From Tubulanus polymorphus (lineage: Eukaryota; Animalia; Nemertea): DNA of 64,000 nt. The position numbers and the translations under genes are program-made. This document shows, piece by piece, positions 1 through 13,165 of the stretch. The stretch is from the NCBI RefSeq assembly GCF_964204645.1, contig NC_134035.1, forward strand, positions 4,092,001 to 4,156,000. The letters run 5' to 3'. A model generated the notes under the pieces. That model saw nothing but the letters and a program-made list of their open reading frames with translations, made no database searches and was not told where the DNA came from. Every line of letters begins with the position of its first letter. Position 1 is the first letter of the stretch.

Positions 1-394
1 TCCGCTTATAAACGCACATGGCTAATATCCGATATAAATTTACTCTAATTTGTATTGTCCTTATTTGTATATGCCATTCAACTTCTTGATAACGCCCGTA
101 GTTCCCTTTGGAATGCTCTACCCATAAATGTTCGTCGCTGCGAGGGATAGTGGAAAAATTCAAACTACTACGAAAAACCGTCATTACCGGCCTGTTTACT
201 CTGGTTTTTGAACATTGAATCGAGTGAAATCGGCGCTAAATAATTATCATTTCGACACCAACATCAGTTTCTCCTTTCGATTCACAAACACCGGTGTAGT
301 ATCGTGGGATTTATTCTTCGTCCAGTGCGGCGTCTGATGGTCCGTCGTGGCTTTAGAATGATAACTGCCGAGAGTACGCTTGGTGGTGGAGAAT

Positions 395-1101
395 AGCACG
401 CCTGATGGTGTGGTTATTGAAATATAACTGAGCACGCCTGATGGTGTGGTTATTGAAATATAACTGAGCACGCCTGATGGTGTGGTTATTGAAATATAAT
501 TGAGCACGCCTGATGGTGTGGCTATTGAAATATAACTGAGCACGCCTGATGGTGTGGTTATTGAAATATAACTGAGCACGCCTGATGGTGTGGTTATTGA
601 AATATAACTGAGCACGCCTGATGGTGTGGTTATTGAAATATAATTGAGCACGCCTGATGGTGTGGTTATTGAAATATAACTTAGCACGCCTGATGGTGTG
701 GCTATTGAAATATAACTGAGCATGCCTGATGGTGTGGCTATTGAAATATAACTGAGCACGCCTGATGGTGTGGTTATTGAAATATAATTGAGCACGCCTG
801 ATGGTGTGGTTATTAAAATATAACTGAGCACGCCTGATGGTGTGGTTATTGAAATATAATTGAGCACGCCTGATGGTGTGGCTATGAAATATAACTGAGC
901 ACACCTGATGGTGTGGTTATTGAAATATAATTGAGCACGCCTGATGGTGTGGTTATTAAAATATAACTGAGCACGCCTGATGGTGTGGTTATTGAAATAT
1001 AATTGAGCACGCCTGATGGTGTGGTTATTGAAATATAATTGAGCACGCCTGATGGTGTGGTTATTGAAATATAATTGAGCACGCCTGATGGTGTGGCTAT
1101 T
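395..1101. repeat. 36-bp minisatellite, about 19.7 copies (AGCACGCCTGATGGTGTGGTTATTGAAATATAA[C/T]TG)
   Basis: AGCACG recurs at 395, 431, ... 1078. Units are near-identical with no spacers, plus one 1-bp deletion near 885. Explains the repetitive ORFs 247..867, 353..904 and 882..1169. Confidence 0.97.
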
Positions 1102-1916
1102 AGAATTACATCATGCCTAATGGGAGCTAAAGCCGAAACGTCGCGACTCTTATATCTCTTACGGAACATTGCCGGGGCTTATCGTGGTACGTTTTACGTT
1201 TCATCTTACAAGGGCAATTGTCTTTCTCTGACCTACGTTAACCGGACGTTTTTGAATTTCGTACTGTCAACGGGAGAAATACACATCTATGGCCTCAAGT
1301 TGGGTAACTAGCGGCAGCAATCAGACAATGACGGGGATGAATGGCACAACTTGAGATATTTATTAAACTTTTTACTTTTAAAGTAAACATTTTTTTTGTG
1401 ACGACAATATTGTCGATACTGTCTGTTTAGTCGGTCCCGAACTCAGGCTGACTAAGATTTCACATCCGAACACTGCAAAAAACAAACAAAACGAATAAGA
1501 AGATAATAATATTATAATAATAATGATATTTCCAAGATCGGCCTGGAAGCGAATGTCAGGGCTAGAGGCGATATTAGGCTGACTGAATTATTATTATTAT
1601 TAAATTGTTATCAATCAGAAATAATTATAAAAGCGGCTTCGCAGAGAATACCGGTACAATACCCGGTAATGTTCATATGAACGACAATTTCTAACTCAAT
1701 ATAACTAATAAACCGTCTCAGTTCTGGTGGGTTGGTATTTTCAATTCATTTATTAATCAATCAACTTCATTATCAAAGAAATATTTCTTTCACGGCAAAA
1801 TAACCACGACGAATAGATCGGTATTAGGCAGGCGTCTGGGTAAAAGAAATTGAGCACCGAGAATGATAACGATTTCCAACGAAATTAATATCGAAATTGA
1901 TTTAATTATCGATAAG

Positions 1917-4900
1917 TCAACCGTGTTCTGTATAAGTAAAAGAACTGACCCGATAATGCGATAAAGTGCGGGCCGACGGATCTGTGGCCCCGGTCCATTT
2001 GGGCATCCAGTAATACGGTATCCAGTACGATCGTCGCGGATACTGCTTCTCGAACACTTGTCGATAGTAGTACGCCTCTTTAGTCAGCGGCGTGTTTACC
2101 GGGTATTTCTTAGAAGCGTTATTCATTTCGTCGTCGGTTACCTGTAGAAATATGTTGTTTATACCGATGAAACGAATAGCGATAGTAATTTAATTTCTAT
2201 AGCGCCATTTTCACTGTGGTGCAATGTTCAACGGCGCTTTCCATTTAAAATTTGGTATTATTACCACAAGCCTATAACTATAACCATTTATCAGTCATCT
2301 CTCCCCGGGGAGAAGTGATATTGGTATTAGCACAATCCTATATCTGTAACTATGTATCAGTCATCTCTACCTGGAGGGAAGTGATATCGGTATTATTACC
2401 CCTAGCCTATATCTGTAACTGTGTATCAGTCATCTCTCCCTGGAGAGAAGTGATATTGGTATTATCACCCTTAGTCTATATCTGTTACTGTATATCAGTC
2501 ATCTTTCCCTAGAGAGAAGTGATATTGGTATTATTACCACAAGCCTATAACTATAACCATTTATCAGTCATCTCTCCCTGGGGAGAAGTTACATCCGAAC
2601 AGCTTCATCATCTATCCGACGATTAACGCTTAAACATTTTTATTTTTTTTAATCTATTTACACACATCGGATCGGTCTTTAAACGCTTACTTTCGATTCG
2701 ACGTGTTCTTGCAGTATTTCGAACCAGGATTTCTCTTTCGACGCGATGCCGTCGCTGAACGCTTCTTTCGGGCGCCACAGAATCTCGTGCGGTATCAGAC
2801 CCGTGTTGTCGAACGCTTTTCTGATCAGGTATTTCTCGGTGCCCTCTCTGGGCTGCCTCATCTCCGACGGCAACGAGAGAACGTACGCGGTGAACTGGTG
2901 GTCCAGAAACGGCACTCGAATCTCTAATCTGGAAATTTGCAAAATTTGAAGCTTTTTATTTCATGAGAAACTCAAAAACGGGATTTCAAATCGAAGATTC
3001 GTCTTATATGCCCTTACAAAATTTCTGGTTTAAGCCTATTATGAAATGCTTGTCAGTCCAATGTGAAGGATTCTCTTTCAGTCACAATACTTGCAAAAGG
3101 GGCTATTTTCCAAAATCTATGGGAGCATCCGCCGCCCCTCTTTGTACGGTCCAGGGTACGGTCAAAAGTTGGTTGAAGATAACCGGCGGATAAATACCAT
3201 AAAAGCAATGAACCTTTAATTGTCACCTATCAACTATCCACTGGTTACCTCTAACCAACTTTTGAGCAACTGGCCCTTGCACATGAGACATTTCTTTATT
3301 TCATTAAAAAAATGAAAGCCGTCAAAATTTGAGTAATTCGTCTTTTACCCGTTAGCGGCCGTCGTGCGATCTCCGCGCAGTACGTCGTACATGTAGAGAT
3401 CTTTGAGCAGACGGCGAGATTCCTGGTCGGCAGACGACGCGTCCGGCGCCTGGTGGAAGTAGATGTATCCCTGTGCCAGTTCGTCGGCGCCTTCCCCGGA
3501 CAGCACGACGATCGTGTCCGTTTTGGTCGATATGTATTTACTGATCAAGTACATCCCTGAAATATAAAATGTTCGGAAAGTCGCATGTAGTTTGTGTAAT
3601 CAAATAGACAGGCCTTACGCGGGCTGGCAGTTTTTACGTCAATGCCAGCTTAGGAGGATTCTAATTTACTTGGAGGAATAATCTTGATGAAAAACTAAGT
3701 TGAAACGTTGAAAGTAAACTACAGCCCGAGGAAACATTTCGGACTCATTTTTCTTTACTGTATCGCGGGATTTTACCGCCGAATTACTACTGACATCATC
3801 ATAGATACAACGAGACGTGTTAGTACTATATTGGTTGACTAGTTTATTAGAAGCACGAGCTTTCGTTACTGTACCTTCTTCAGGTGAATGAAGCGACTCA
3901 TTCACCTGATTAAGCTACTATACATTTAGCTCGTGCGTCTAATTAACTATATGTACTATATGTCTTGTTGTATTTATTCTAGACACGGTACACGGCTCCT
4001 CTACGAATCTTGAGATCATCATAGGTCTTGTTACCGACATCAACTAAACAATCCGATCCACGGAATTTTCTAAAATTCCTGACGGTCCGATTGTAAAATG
4101 AGGGTTGTCGTTGACGCTCAGTACTCACCGACGGAAGCGCGGATTGTCGTGATATCGTACGATTCTAAATGCCATATAACATCGTTAAGAGCTTCGATTC
4201 CTTCTTCAGCAGTGAACGACACTTCATAGTGCTCGCTGCCTATGTGATCAGCTACCTATAAATGTATATACTAGGCTAATCATACCTTGGCACTTCTTTT
4301 TTAAACTGCAATGAAATTTGTAATCGGTTCATTTTCATAACTGCAAGGGCCCAGTTTCACAAAACGGTTCAACTCCTAAATCGGTTTAATATCTTCGTTA
4401 ATTCAGTTTACTTTAAATCGATTTAGGCCTTAATTCCATTTGTGAAACTGGGCCCAGGTTTGCTATTGTTAGTTTCATCGTCATTGAAAAAAGGAAGTAA
4501 TGTGCAGGGTAGATAGACGGCCGGCTGAGTCAACTTTTAAGCTCAGCAGAAAAGAGTAACTACGAATCCATTTTATCCCTTATAAATCTAATTTCAGACG
4601 CCTCATCGGGCCTGGCGTAACCCCAACACGCTGGGCTTCTAATCGCTTGATATATTATATCCTCGTGCAAATTTACCTTCTTGGCAGCGACTACATCGGG
4701 ACTTCCTTTCATACCGATTGAGAACGTCTGTAGCGGGTACTCGTGGCCCGATTCTTTCATGTGCTTCGCCGTCAAAGCCGACACCAAACTGGAGTCGAGT
4801 CCACCTGTCGGGAAGAAAATAATGATAATTTGTAGAGATGATTACGCCCGGCATTTGCGACAGTTTTCTGCCAGTTTCAGAAAAACGGTCAACGCTTAAA

Positions 4901-7875
4901 TCATCTAATTTCTCGATTATTTAAAAACAAATATTTTATTCATTAAAATTGAAATTAAAAGATACACGACGTTTCGGACTCCCTCAAGAGGCCATTGACA
5001 GAGCGGAAGAGTCCAAAACGTCGAGTCTTTAGATTCTAATTTTCCGAACGAAATTGGTTTTTAATCTTTAACAGTTTGTATATAGTGGGTTTTTCAACTC
5101 ATCATCTGTCATAGTACGGGCGATTCTACTTTCGTAAATTCAGTTTATCTTATTAAATCGATCGTGGAACTAAACCTGTTTGTCTATCCAGGAGACCACG
5201 CGTTACCTGATAACATGCAGCCGATTCGCCTGTCCGAGGCGAGTCGTTTCACAACAGCTGCTTCCAGTAAATTACGTACATTCGCGTGTACATCACCGTC
5301 TGAAACATCAATTCAACTCGTACATTATTATTCTATATGATAATATCTTCAGAACGAATCTATAAGGGAATTTTAGACGCCATAAGCATTTCTGAGCGTA
5401 GTGTCACTGTTTATAACAGCGATTCGACCTCAGCATGTGTTATATTTTTCATTTATTTTTTCTTTTGAGCGAAAACGTAATAATTTATGCTGCGAAACAG
5501 CACTTATGCAAGTATCGCATCACATCACCGTCTAGAAGAATATTTGGACAATTAAGAGTATAATGGCTTTCGTTTTTAGAGCCAATACCATATGATAAAG
5601 GGACTGGGTCATCGCTTGAAATAAAACAATTTTTTCTGATGGCTCACCGGTTGTCGTTACGAGCGTCTTGTAAACGGGAAACTGGCCGATATCGTGGAAC
5701 CTAAAACTACGTTTCAGTATAGCGTCGCCGATACCGTCCAGTTCGTATTCCTCCACGAAACCGGGCGGAAACGGCTCCACGTGAGATTCGTTCTCGGACA
5801 TCTTGTGACACAGGCTGATGAGTCCTGAAACGAAATCCGACATATTTGCAACAAAAAATAGACTGAAAAAATGAATATTCGCCTCGCGAGAAGCCGATTA
5901 ACTCCGATAACACGTTTTGACTAATGGTTTTTCAATATTTGCTATTGTTCACTAGGAATTCACAAAAATATAAGAGACATAGCTATATAAAAATAAGAGA
6001 CATAGCTGAACTAGTCGGAGAGCACCTGGGAGAACAACGGGGAAGAACAAACTCAAGAAACTAGGAACAAAAATTGTAAAAGGTGTCGATACTTAGAAAC
6101 CACTAGTCTTAATAAATAGTTGTGAGTATTTAGATAACAGTATATACACCTGAGTTGTTATTTATTTTTGGTCTCGGGTCAAAATTCAATTTGTGTCGTT
6201 GTGCGAAGCTGAGGAAGCATACGCTCTCCCACGATATTTCGGTTCCTTCTTCGGGCCGCATAACACAACAAAGATTGGCAGAGATTTCCAAGTAATGTTA
6301 TAATGATAATATTAGAGATATCGAAAAAATCCGATGACATTACAAATGTTGAAACATCTAAAATCTCTGATGATACTAATGTATCAATTTTTTCTTGTAA
6401 CTAGAGAAACGATACAATGTACGATAGAAATCTATGAATTCGGATTAAGGGATAATTAGGAACTACTAGGGATTACAGGGACTAGTAAGGATTACTACGG
6501 ACGGGCTACTAGGGACTACTACTGCATGGGATGATTACTATTGCCCACATATCTCCGAATAAGTAAAATCTGAATCACGAATAAAAGTTTACATGGTTCC
6601 AGATTAAGTGGACCAAATATTTCATCCGAATTAAATGAAAATCCGCATTGAAAAATCCGAATCAAGCCGGTTAGTTCTACTGTAAGTTATTACCTTTCGC
6701 TTCTGAGCACACGGCTAGAAAGTTATGAGGCGTGTGCAGGCGGAATGCCGGACGCACACCGAACGTGTCGCGACCGACGAACACTTTACGGGCGCGGGTG
6801 TCCATTAACACGAAGGCGAACACTCCGTCCAGGTGTTTGGCCACGAATTCGATGCCTCCTTTATCGTACAAGTGAATGATGACCTCTCCGTCGCAAACGG
6901 TCGCGAAATTGAAGCCGAATTCTTTGCCGAGCTGAAATCGAGGGAACACTGTTACAGTAATAGCCCTTATACTCCACAGATGTGGAGAATATTAGATTAG
7001 AATCCGCTCAACGTAAATTCAATGGATTAAATGCGAAATCTATATTTATCGAGAATTAAGATTAGAAAACACTAAATACACGACTTTTTGGACTCTCACT
7101 ACCAGATCATCGTCAGTTGTCCCGTTCGAATAGTGTCATTCGTCGGTCAGAGCAATGCTTAGCTCCGTTTATCTTCGGGAGGACCTCCATATTTGAATCC
7201 CCCAAAACGTGGCTTCTAACATATCGTCAGTAGCTATTATCGACTTATGTAGATATGGCTTATTGCGGCCAAAATTTGATTTTGAATTTGAGAAACACTT
7301 TCAAAACTGAGAGACCAGCTGGTTCGAATTTTGCTGGCTGCTTTGTGCAGGCAACACTTCGAAAGGCCGTGATCACGTCGTGAGGTTTAATGAACAATCT
7401 GATGAGAAAACAAGATCCAAACGACGTAAACTTAAAACAAGACGGGATACCTTTTTTTTCAAAAAATTTAATGGTTTCTCTGATGAAACCGCGGAACTGT
7501 CAGACATTAACTAACATTTCAATATCTACTGTGGGCTTTTGATTGTTAACTCTAAACTGAGATTAACATTAGACCAGTCAAACCGACAAGATTTTTAATG
7601 AGCGCGCACCGCGATCTGCTACTTACCAAGTGGTCGTTGTATATTTCGCCGTTGTACATCAACCAATAGTGCTCGAAATTCGGGAAATGCAGCGGCTGCA
7701 TTCCGTTCAGGTCGTCCCTGATCGCCAGCCGGTGAAAACCGAAACAGCAGTTTTTGAAGTGGTTGATGTCTTCGATGCGAAACGCGTCCGGGCCTCTGTG
7801 CCGGATGCTCATGCAACTGCTGCATTGCTTGGCCACGTCTTCTTGGCTGCCGAATATCGCCCAAATTCCGCACAT
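1917..7875 (-). CDS. ASNS: Asparagine synthetase (glutamine-hydrolysing), 9 coding exons, 560 aa
   Basis: Exons (minus): 7875-7627, 6931-6694, 5824-5648, 5299-5207, 4804-4677, 4255-4129, 3556-3349, 2928-2691, 2141-1917. All introns GT-AG with compatible phases; total 1683 nt. Motifs MCGIW (Ntn catalytic Cys), [58 protein letters not shown]. Confidence 0.97.
2185..2630 (-). mobile_element. SINE-like 3' part with an internally amplified 66-69 bp unit (about 5 copies, 2252-2590) in the last ASNS intron
   Basis: The unit contains GTCATCTCTCCC(C/T)GGGGAGAAG, also seen in the tRNA-SINE near 63759. The minus strand ends in AAAGCGCCGTTGAACA...AATGGCGCTATAGAAATTAAATTACTAT, a typical SINE/L2-type tail. 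Confidence 0.55.
4272..4600. mobile_element. Non-autonomous DNA element (AGGCTA...TAGCCT family) with a nested PIF/Harbinger-like MITE at 4347-4455
   Basis: Shares TGCAATGAAATTTGTAATC..GTTCAT and GGGTAGATAG.CGG..GGCTG..AAGCTCAGCAGAAA with copies at 24586-24791 and 28885-29091. The nested element has TIRs GGGCCCAGTTTCACAAA / TTTGTGAAACTGGGCCC. Confidence 0.7.
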
Positions 7876-8459
7876 TTTCACAGTCCTCTCTCTCTCTCCC
7901 TTCTAACTCCCTAGATCAGATGTCGACGATGACGATTTGTTTACCTCGTATGACCGAGTTCTATTCAAACCTGTGAAGAGTATAAGGAAAATCCCGCATA
8001 GTTCATCATAACTATGCCTTCATTCTTTGCCCGGGTTGGTGAATGTACCTATATGCTTTTAGGTCGTTGATCTTTGACCCATTTTAATCGTCATTCACGG
8101 CAGCAGGAAACCCGTTCCTACTACGTTGTCAATATTATTAAGGTAATAATACATATGACAATATATCACATTATAATGTATATAGTTTGCGATGACACAC
8201 GTGGCACTTCGGGTATCAATCTCTCAATACTCTAGATTCATTTCTTTAATTCTTCCAAATCTAAATCGTGTCGTGAGATTCTTCTTAGCATGGATCAGCT
8301 GGCAGATCCGTTTCTCACTAATTCGTGTAGAATGTCGTAATTGAATTGCGTTAAATCTCGCAAATTATTAAAACCGCTATGAAAATATTTACAAAAGTCC
8401 AAGGTATATTGCTTCGGATGAAAAGCATAAATTGTCATTTATATCGATTCCAATAGGGT

Positions 8460-8558
8460 ATGACGCAATGCCGGGTTATGCCTGGCTGTCTGCAGTACTA
8501 GAGACAGTACTGATCCATTCCACTCGATTAACAAGAGACATTTGGCGTATTGCATCAT
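8460..8558. promoter_or_regulatory. C/EBP-ATF (CARE / amino-acid response) elements in ASNS intron 1
   Basis: ATTGCATCAT at 8549-8558 (reverse complement ATGATGCAAT, canonical ATF4-C/EBP site) and ATGACGCAAT at 8460-8469. ASNS is the textbook ATF4 target. Confidence 0.5.
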
Positions 8559-8691
8559 TCCATGTCGATTCTTTTTCACTCTAGCTGTTCGCCCAGGGTT
8601 CTACGCGAAATTTTTCAAACGGCGTCGGAATAAAATACATTGACACGTCGACAAGCTTCGTAAAATCGTATATACGATAAAAGCAGCTTAC

Positions 8692-8800
8692 CTGAATGTG
8701 AGTGTGTACCGGTACTGTGAGCGTGGGAATCGTAGCTGGTGTGTATGCCTTCACTCCCGACCGACCGACACCTAGTGCCATCTATGTCTGCTAGCATCAA
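8692..8800 (-). other. Probable non-coding first exon of ASNS
   Basis: Minus-strand donor CAG|GTAAGC at 8692/8691. Matching acceptor CTCTTCACAG| opens the ATG-containing exon at 7970. The 5' end is approximate. Confidence 0.55.
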
Positions 8801-10708
8801 AACAGTTCGTGACGTACCATTGAATAAAACGAGAATGGAACATTGAATCTTTACCAGGCTCGTGCTGAGGGGTGGGAGGGGGGAGTACGGTAGTAGCGAA
8901 CGAACGAAAATCTTCGAAGCGCCCTACAAAAAGTCAGTGTCAAAAAAGTTAGGTCGAGAAATTTGGATACAATATTCATATTTTTTTGGAAAATGAAAAG
9001 TTCTCAAATGATTTATTCAGGTACTCGGGCCCTTTTTACGGTGCCATTTTTCTGGAAATAGAACTGCCCTTCAAAAGCTTGGCGCGGGCAACAAATATAT
9101 GATGTTATTAAACAAGGAACTTGTTTTTAGTTGGTTGATGTTTTGACCAATGCATACGAATACAATTATGAAGAAAAGAAAATTGAAAATGATAATATAC
9201 TGTTTGGATAATGAGAAGGATCGTAGCCTAAATGAATCATGTGATGTGATTCCACCTTCTATATATGGCTTTCCTAACACGGGATCGTTTTGATATACGG
9301 AGAATTTTGTCCCCTTTTTAGAAAATCTGATAAAGACGAACTCGTTTAAAAAAATAACATCATTGAATTAGAATGATTTGCAGATTTCGTTGTGAACGTG
9401 TCGTTATCACGCGACACACGTAATATACAAGCCTAAAACGCGCAAGAAAAAAAGTTCAGTCATAATGATATTTCTGAAGTGTTATTTGCATTAAGTCTAC
9501 TAAAACAGTGCTCGTATTCTGTTGATTATCATGTCGTATCGTATTGGAATGATTTCTATAACTCGGATCTATTGAGATTTGAACAGGTGCGGAACAACAG
9601 CAGCAGTTTTTGTATATATATCTATATATCTGATCGAGTGTCAAGCTGCAGCTAGTACAGGCTGCGTATACAATAGTCATAGATATACGATATAATACAC
9701 CCACTATTTTTTTTTTAGTCAAATGAAAATTTACTATCTAATATACATGAATCATCTAGAATTGTTTGTAGGTTTTACCCCTCATAGTGTTAGAACATCT
9801 GAATCCCGCCATCATTTTTTTATGATTTATGATTTGTTACGAAAATGCATGGTAGAAAAAGGAAATTGATGACTTCGGCCTGTGGAATAACTATAGACAT
9901 TCAGGGGCCTTGCAAAAATTGTATGAAACGTTTTCTAAGATTTCGGGAACTTGTTCAATATCACGTTTGCATTAAATACGTTGTATAATCGAAATTAATG
10001 GATTCCGCTTTACTCGTTAGTGTTACGACCTTAAATATCTCATCGAGTTGACCCGATGTAGACTCGATTGAGAATTGGGGAAAATTGTAAGTCTTACCAA
10101 ATGAATTGGAGTAAAATTCACCGATTTGACCAGTATCGCGTAATGAGTACTGCAATGGATGTTAATACGTGGCTTTACTTAGAGACCATTTTGATTTCGA
10201 TTATCATACGGTCTTTACGAATATTGGATTTGAAAGTTTTAACGCATTTTACCGGCCTAGATAGTGTCACAGCCTATTTTGTGGTCACCTCTATGGTTGG
10301 CTGCCCGATTATAGTTCGAGTCGAGCGAGCGCGCGAGGTACTGTAGCGGGCAGCGTTACTGGCGTATATCAGTACACCTGTACGTGGGCCCCTCCAGCCG
10401 CGACCATATGGCGCGAGTGCGCTAGCTACCGTTCGTTTTATTTATTTCCTACAGCGAGTAGTTCGATTTCCACGTTACGAATTTCCATAAGACGATTTTT
10501 CGTGCTGAAAAAAATTCGATAATCGCCTGGCGAGATGATGCCGGGTTTAACTACAGAGCCTACGTCACGCGCGTTATGGTAATATGCGGAGATTTGCGAG
10601 CGATTACGTATATGAATTCGTGATCGGATATAAACAGTAATTGACGCATCGTGTTGATTAAAACAGCTGCTGGTGAGTTTAACTGATCTTCTTCTCTCCG
10701 TTGTTACC

Positions 10709-10811
10709 CGGCGACCGGTTTCATAGACTGGTATTACCTTTAACCCTATTCATTTTCAATTGACTGAGCCCCGGGGTTAAAGGTAATGCCGGTCTATAAA
10801 ACCGGGCCCGG
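10709..10811. mobile_element. Short palindromic MITE (Harbinger-like termini)
   Basis: CCGGTTTCATAGACTGGTATTACCTTTAACCC ... GGGTTAAAGGTAATGCCGGTCTATAAAACCGG inverted arms. Confidence 0.65.
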
Positions 10812-12027
10812 GGGCATACACGCATCAATATCATTTCGCTAAAAACTGCGGCAGTCATTCCTAGAACCGCATTAGATGCAATTTTCCTGATAAGAAATGA
10901 CATTGTGACTGGGCCTTTTCGTATATATACATATGTGTATAGGCGTCTAATTTCTGGTATTTCGAAAATACGCTGAAGGGCCTTGTTCTATACCGTACTG
11001 CGCTGTTGTATTCAGACGTAAATAGGGTCCTATTTCGTCCAACAAACTGTGGAACAGGATCCCTCGTGTAAGCAAGTCCTTGCGGTTGTTCCCGCGGGGT
11101 GAAGTAAATAGTTCAGACTTCATTTTTAAACCCGACCCCCGTCCTAAAGCAAAGTACACAGTGTATGACATGATTAAGTACATGGCTGCTAATTAAAATG
11201 CCTCTTGCTCTACTCAATTATGTTAAACATATATGACAATAACCGTAATCGGTATACAGATGGCCTAATATTGACTTCTTTTTTCAAACGCGCAATTTGT
11301 TACCAATTGTTTTTTTTTCATCGAGCAGCATCGAATGCACACAGATCTCTATGGCCCAATTTATAAATTGTGTTTCAACGCTATTTTTCGATAGGTCTGC
11401 GCGACGGATATTCAAGGCTACTTCGTCGTCGTTTCCTTCCCCCAAATCAAACATTCTTGACCGAATAAATCGAATAACTGAATCCAATTCGAATATACGA
11501 AAACGGTATTTCAATGATAACGCGTGCTTTTTCTATTATTATTCAGCACTCATCGCGCGGATTTGACGCAGTTCGATATCTGGAAATAGAAACAAGGAGT
11601 TATATATTTTACTAAATCGAAAGGCGGCAGCTCGCCGAGAGTGTGCATATACACGAAACCAGTGCCTGGTCGTCGTTTAAAACATTAGACTCGGCTGGGG
11701 ATTTGTTAATTTACTCGATTCGAGAACAAACACTGGTGACATCTGCAGCTATATCGGCCTCCCCAGAGATTGACGATTAGCGATCAATTATAAACTACTA
11801 GCTTCCCTGTTCATGGAACGGGCGGGCGGCGCGTCACGCGCGTGTGTGTGAGTTTACGTACTGAGCGCTCGTTTAAATAGTCTACATATATATTTTATAC
11901 GCGCCCGACTTTTCTGTTACACATACGCTTCAAACTCCCGATGAAAGATTATCCGAGGATTATCGCGTGGAATTAACGACACGGTCGAGGATTATATCGC
12001 CGGCGTTCAGCGAGGTATCGCGCCGGA

Positions 12028-13124
12028 ATGGGCAAATTGTCGGATATACGATTCGCGTTCGAGCGGCCGAGCGCGTGTTACTATCCCGGAGATGAGGTTA
12101 CGGCGAGTCTGACTCTCGTGCCCGACGGACAGGTGAAAATTAAGTGTAAGTAGCTATCAACGTTTTCACATCTTTATTTTGAAAATATTCCACAAACCAG
12201 TCGGAGTATATAGGTATCAGAAGTTAATCCGTTTCAGGGGCAGATTTAGGTGGTGTTTACAGGGGTCTGGACCTCCGCCTTCCAAGTGAGGTTACCGCCC
12301 TTTTACTCGAGACAAAAATTATCAAACCTACAAATTTGACGAATTCTCTCGCATCTTTTCTGGTGGACTTAGCAAAAATATCTACCACCGAGAATGAACC
12401 CCACTCGCGGCCTCATATCAATCGAAGAACGGCCTTCCTTTTGTTTTAGACCCCTTCTTAGGCCTTCTTTGTTTTAGACCCCGTTTTAGGCCTTCGTTAA
12501 AGAAGATCCTCCCTAGGGCCGATTTTAAAGAAAGTCCTCCCTAGGGCCGGTTTTATAGAACTGGTACCGTATCTAGGTTAAAAGTAAACACTTGCTCCTA
12601 ACGACACCGTTCTCGTGCTCCAAAATCAATCTTCAAATCCTGAACGAAGTTAGATTTGAATCGATATTTGAAATGTGTGAAACATTTTCGAGGATGATTT
12701 TTTTTTCAGGAACTATATACGTGTTACCAGCATATATATGTAAATGTATATATGCGCGTGTATTAACTTGTCTGTTTTACTTCCCTCATGTTATCTGTTT
12801 AACTTGCATCACGGAAATAGATAAAATGATGATATGATATTGTGATGTGTATTTTTTCAATGCAGCCGTTACGGTCGAGTTTCGTGGATCCGCCGCCACC
12901 AGATGGCGATCTGGTTTACTAGGACGAGCCAGCGAACAGTTGTTATTTCACGACGTCCAGGAATTACCCGTCCGCTGCAGTAAGTGTAATCAGAAACATC
13001 GGCAATTAATCAGTAAATATCATGTACGAAAGTGTCCTTGGCATGTTAGAAAAATATCGGGATAGATTTCTCCTTCCCAAATTTATTTTCTATTTGTATC
13101 TTGAAAGTGATGAATTTCTCTATT

Positions 13125-13165
<41 letters not shown>

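Noticed and set aside
395-1101. CRISPR-like array (36-bp repeats) or repeat protein
   Set aside because: Units are contiguous with no unique spacers, there are no cas genes and the context is eukaryotic. The ORFs are by-products of a 3n unit.
7481-7489. TGATGAAAC (exact human ASNS NSRE-1) in intron 2
   Set aside because: It is embedded in CTCTGATGA...GAACTGTCAGA, which looks like a degraded hammerhead-type repeat, so the match is probably incidental.
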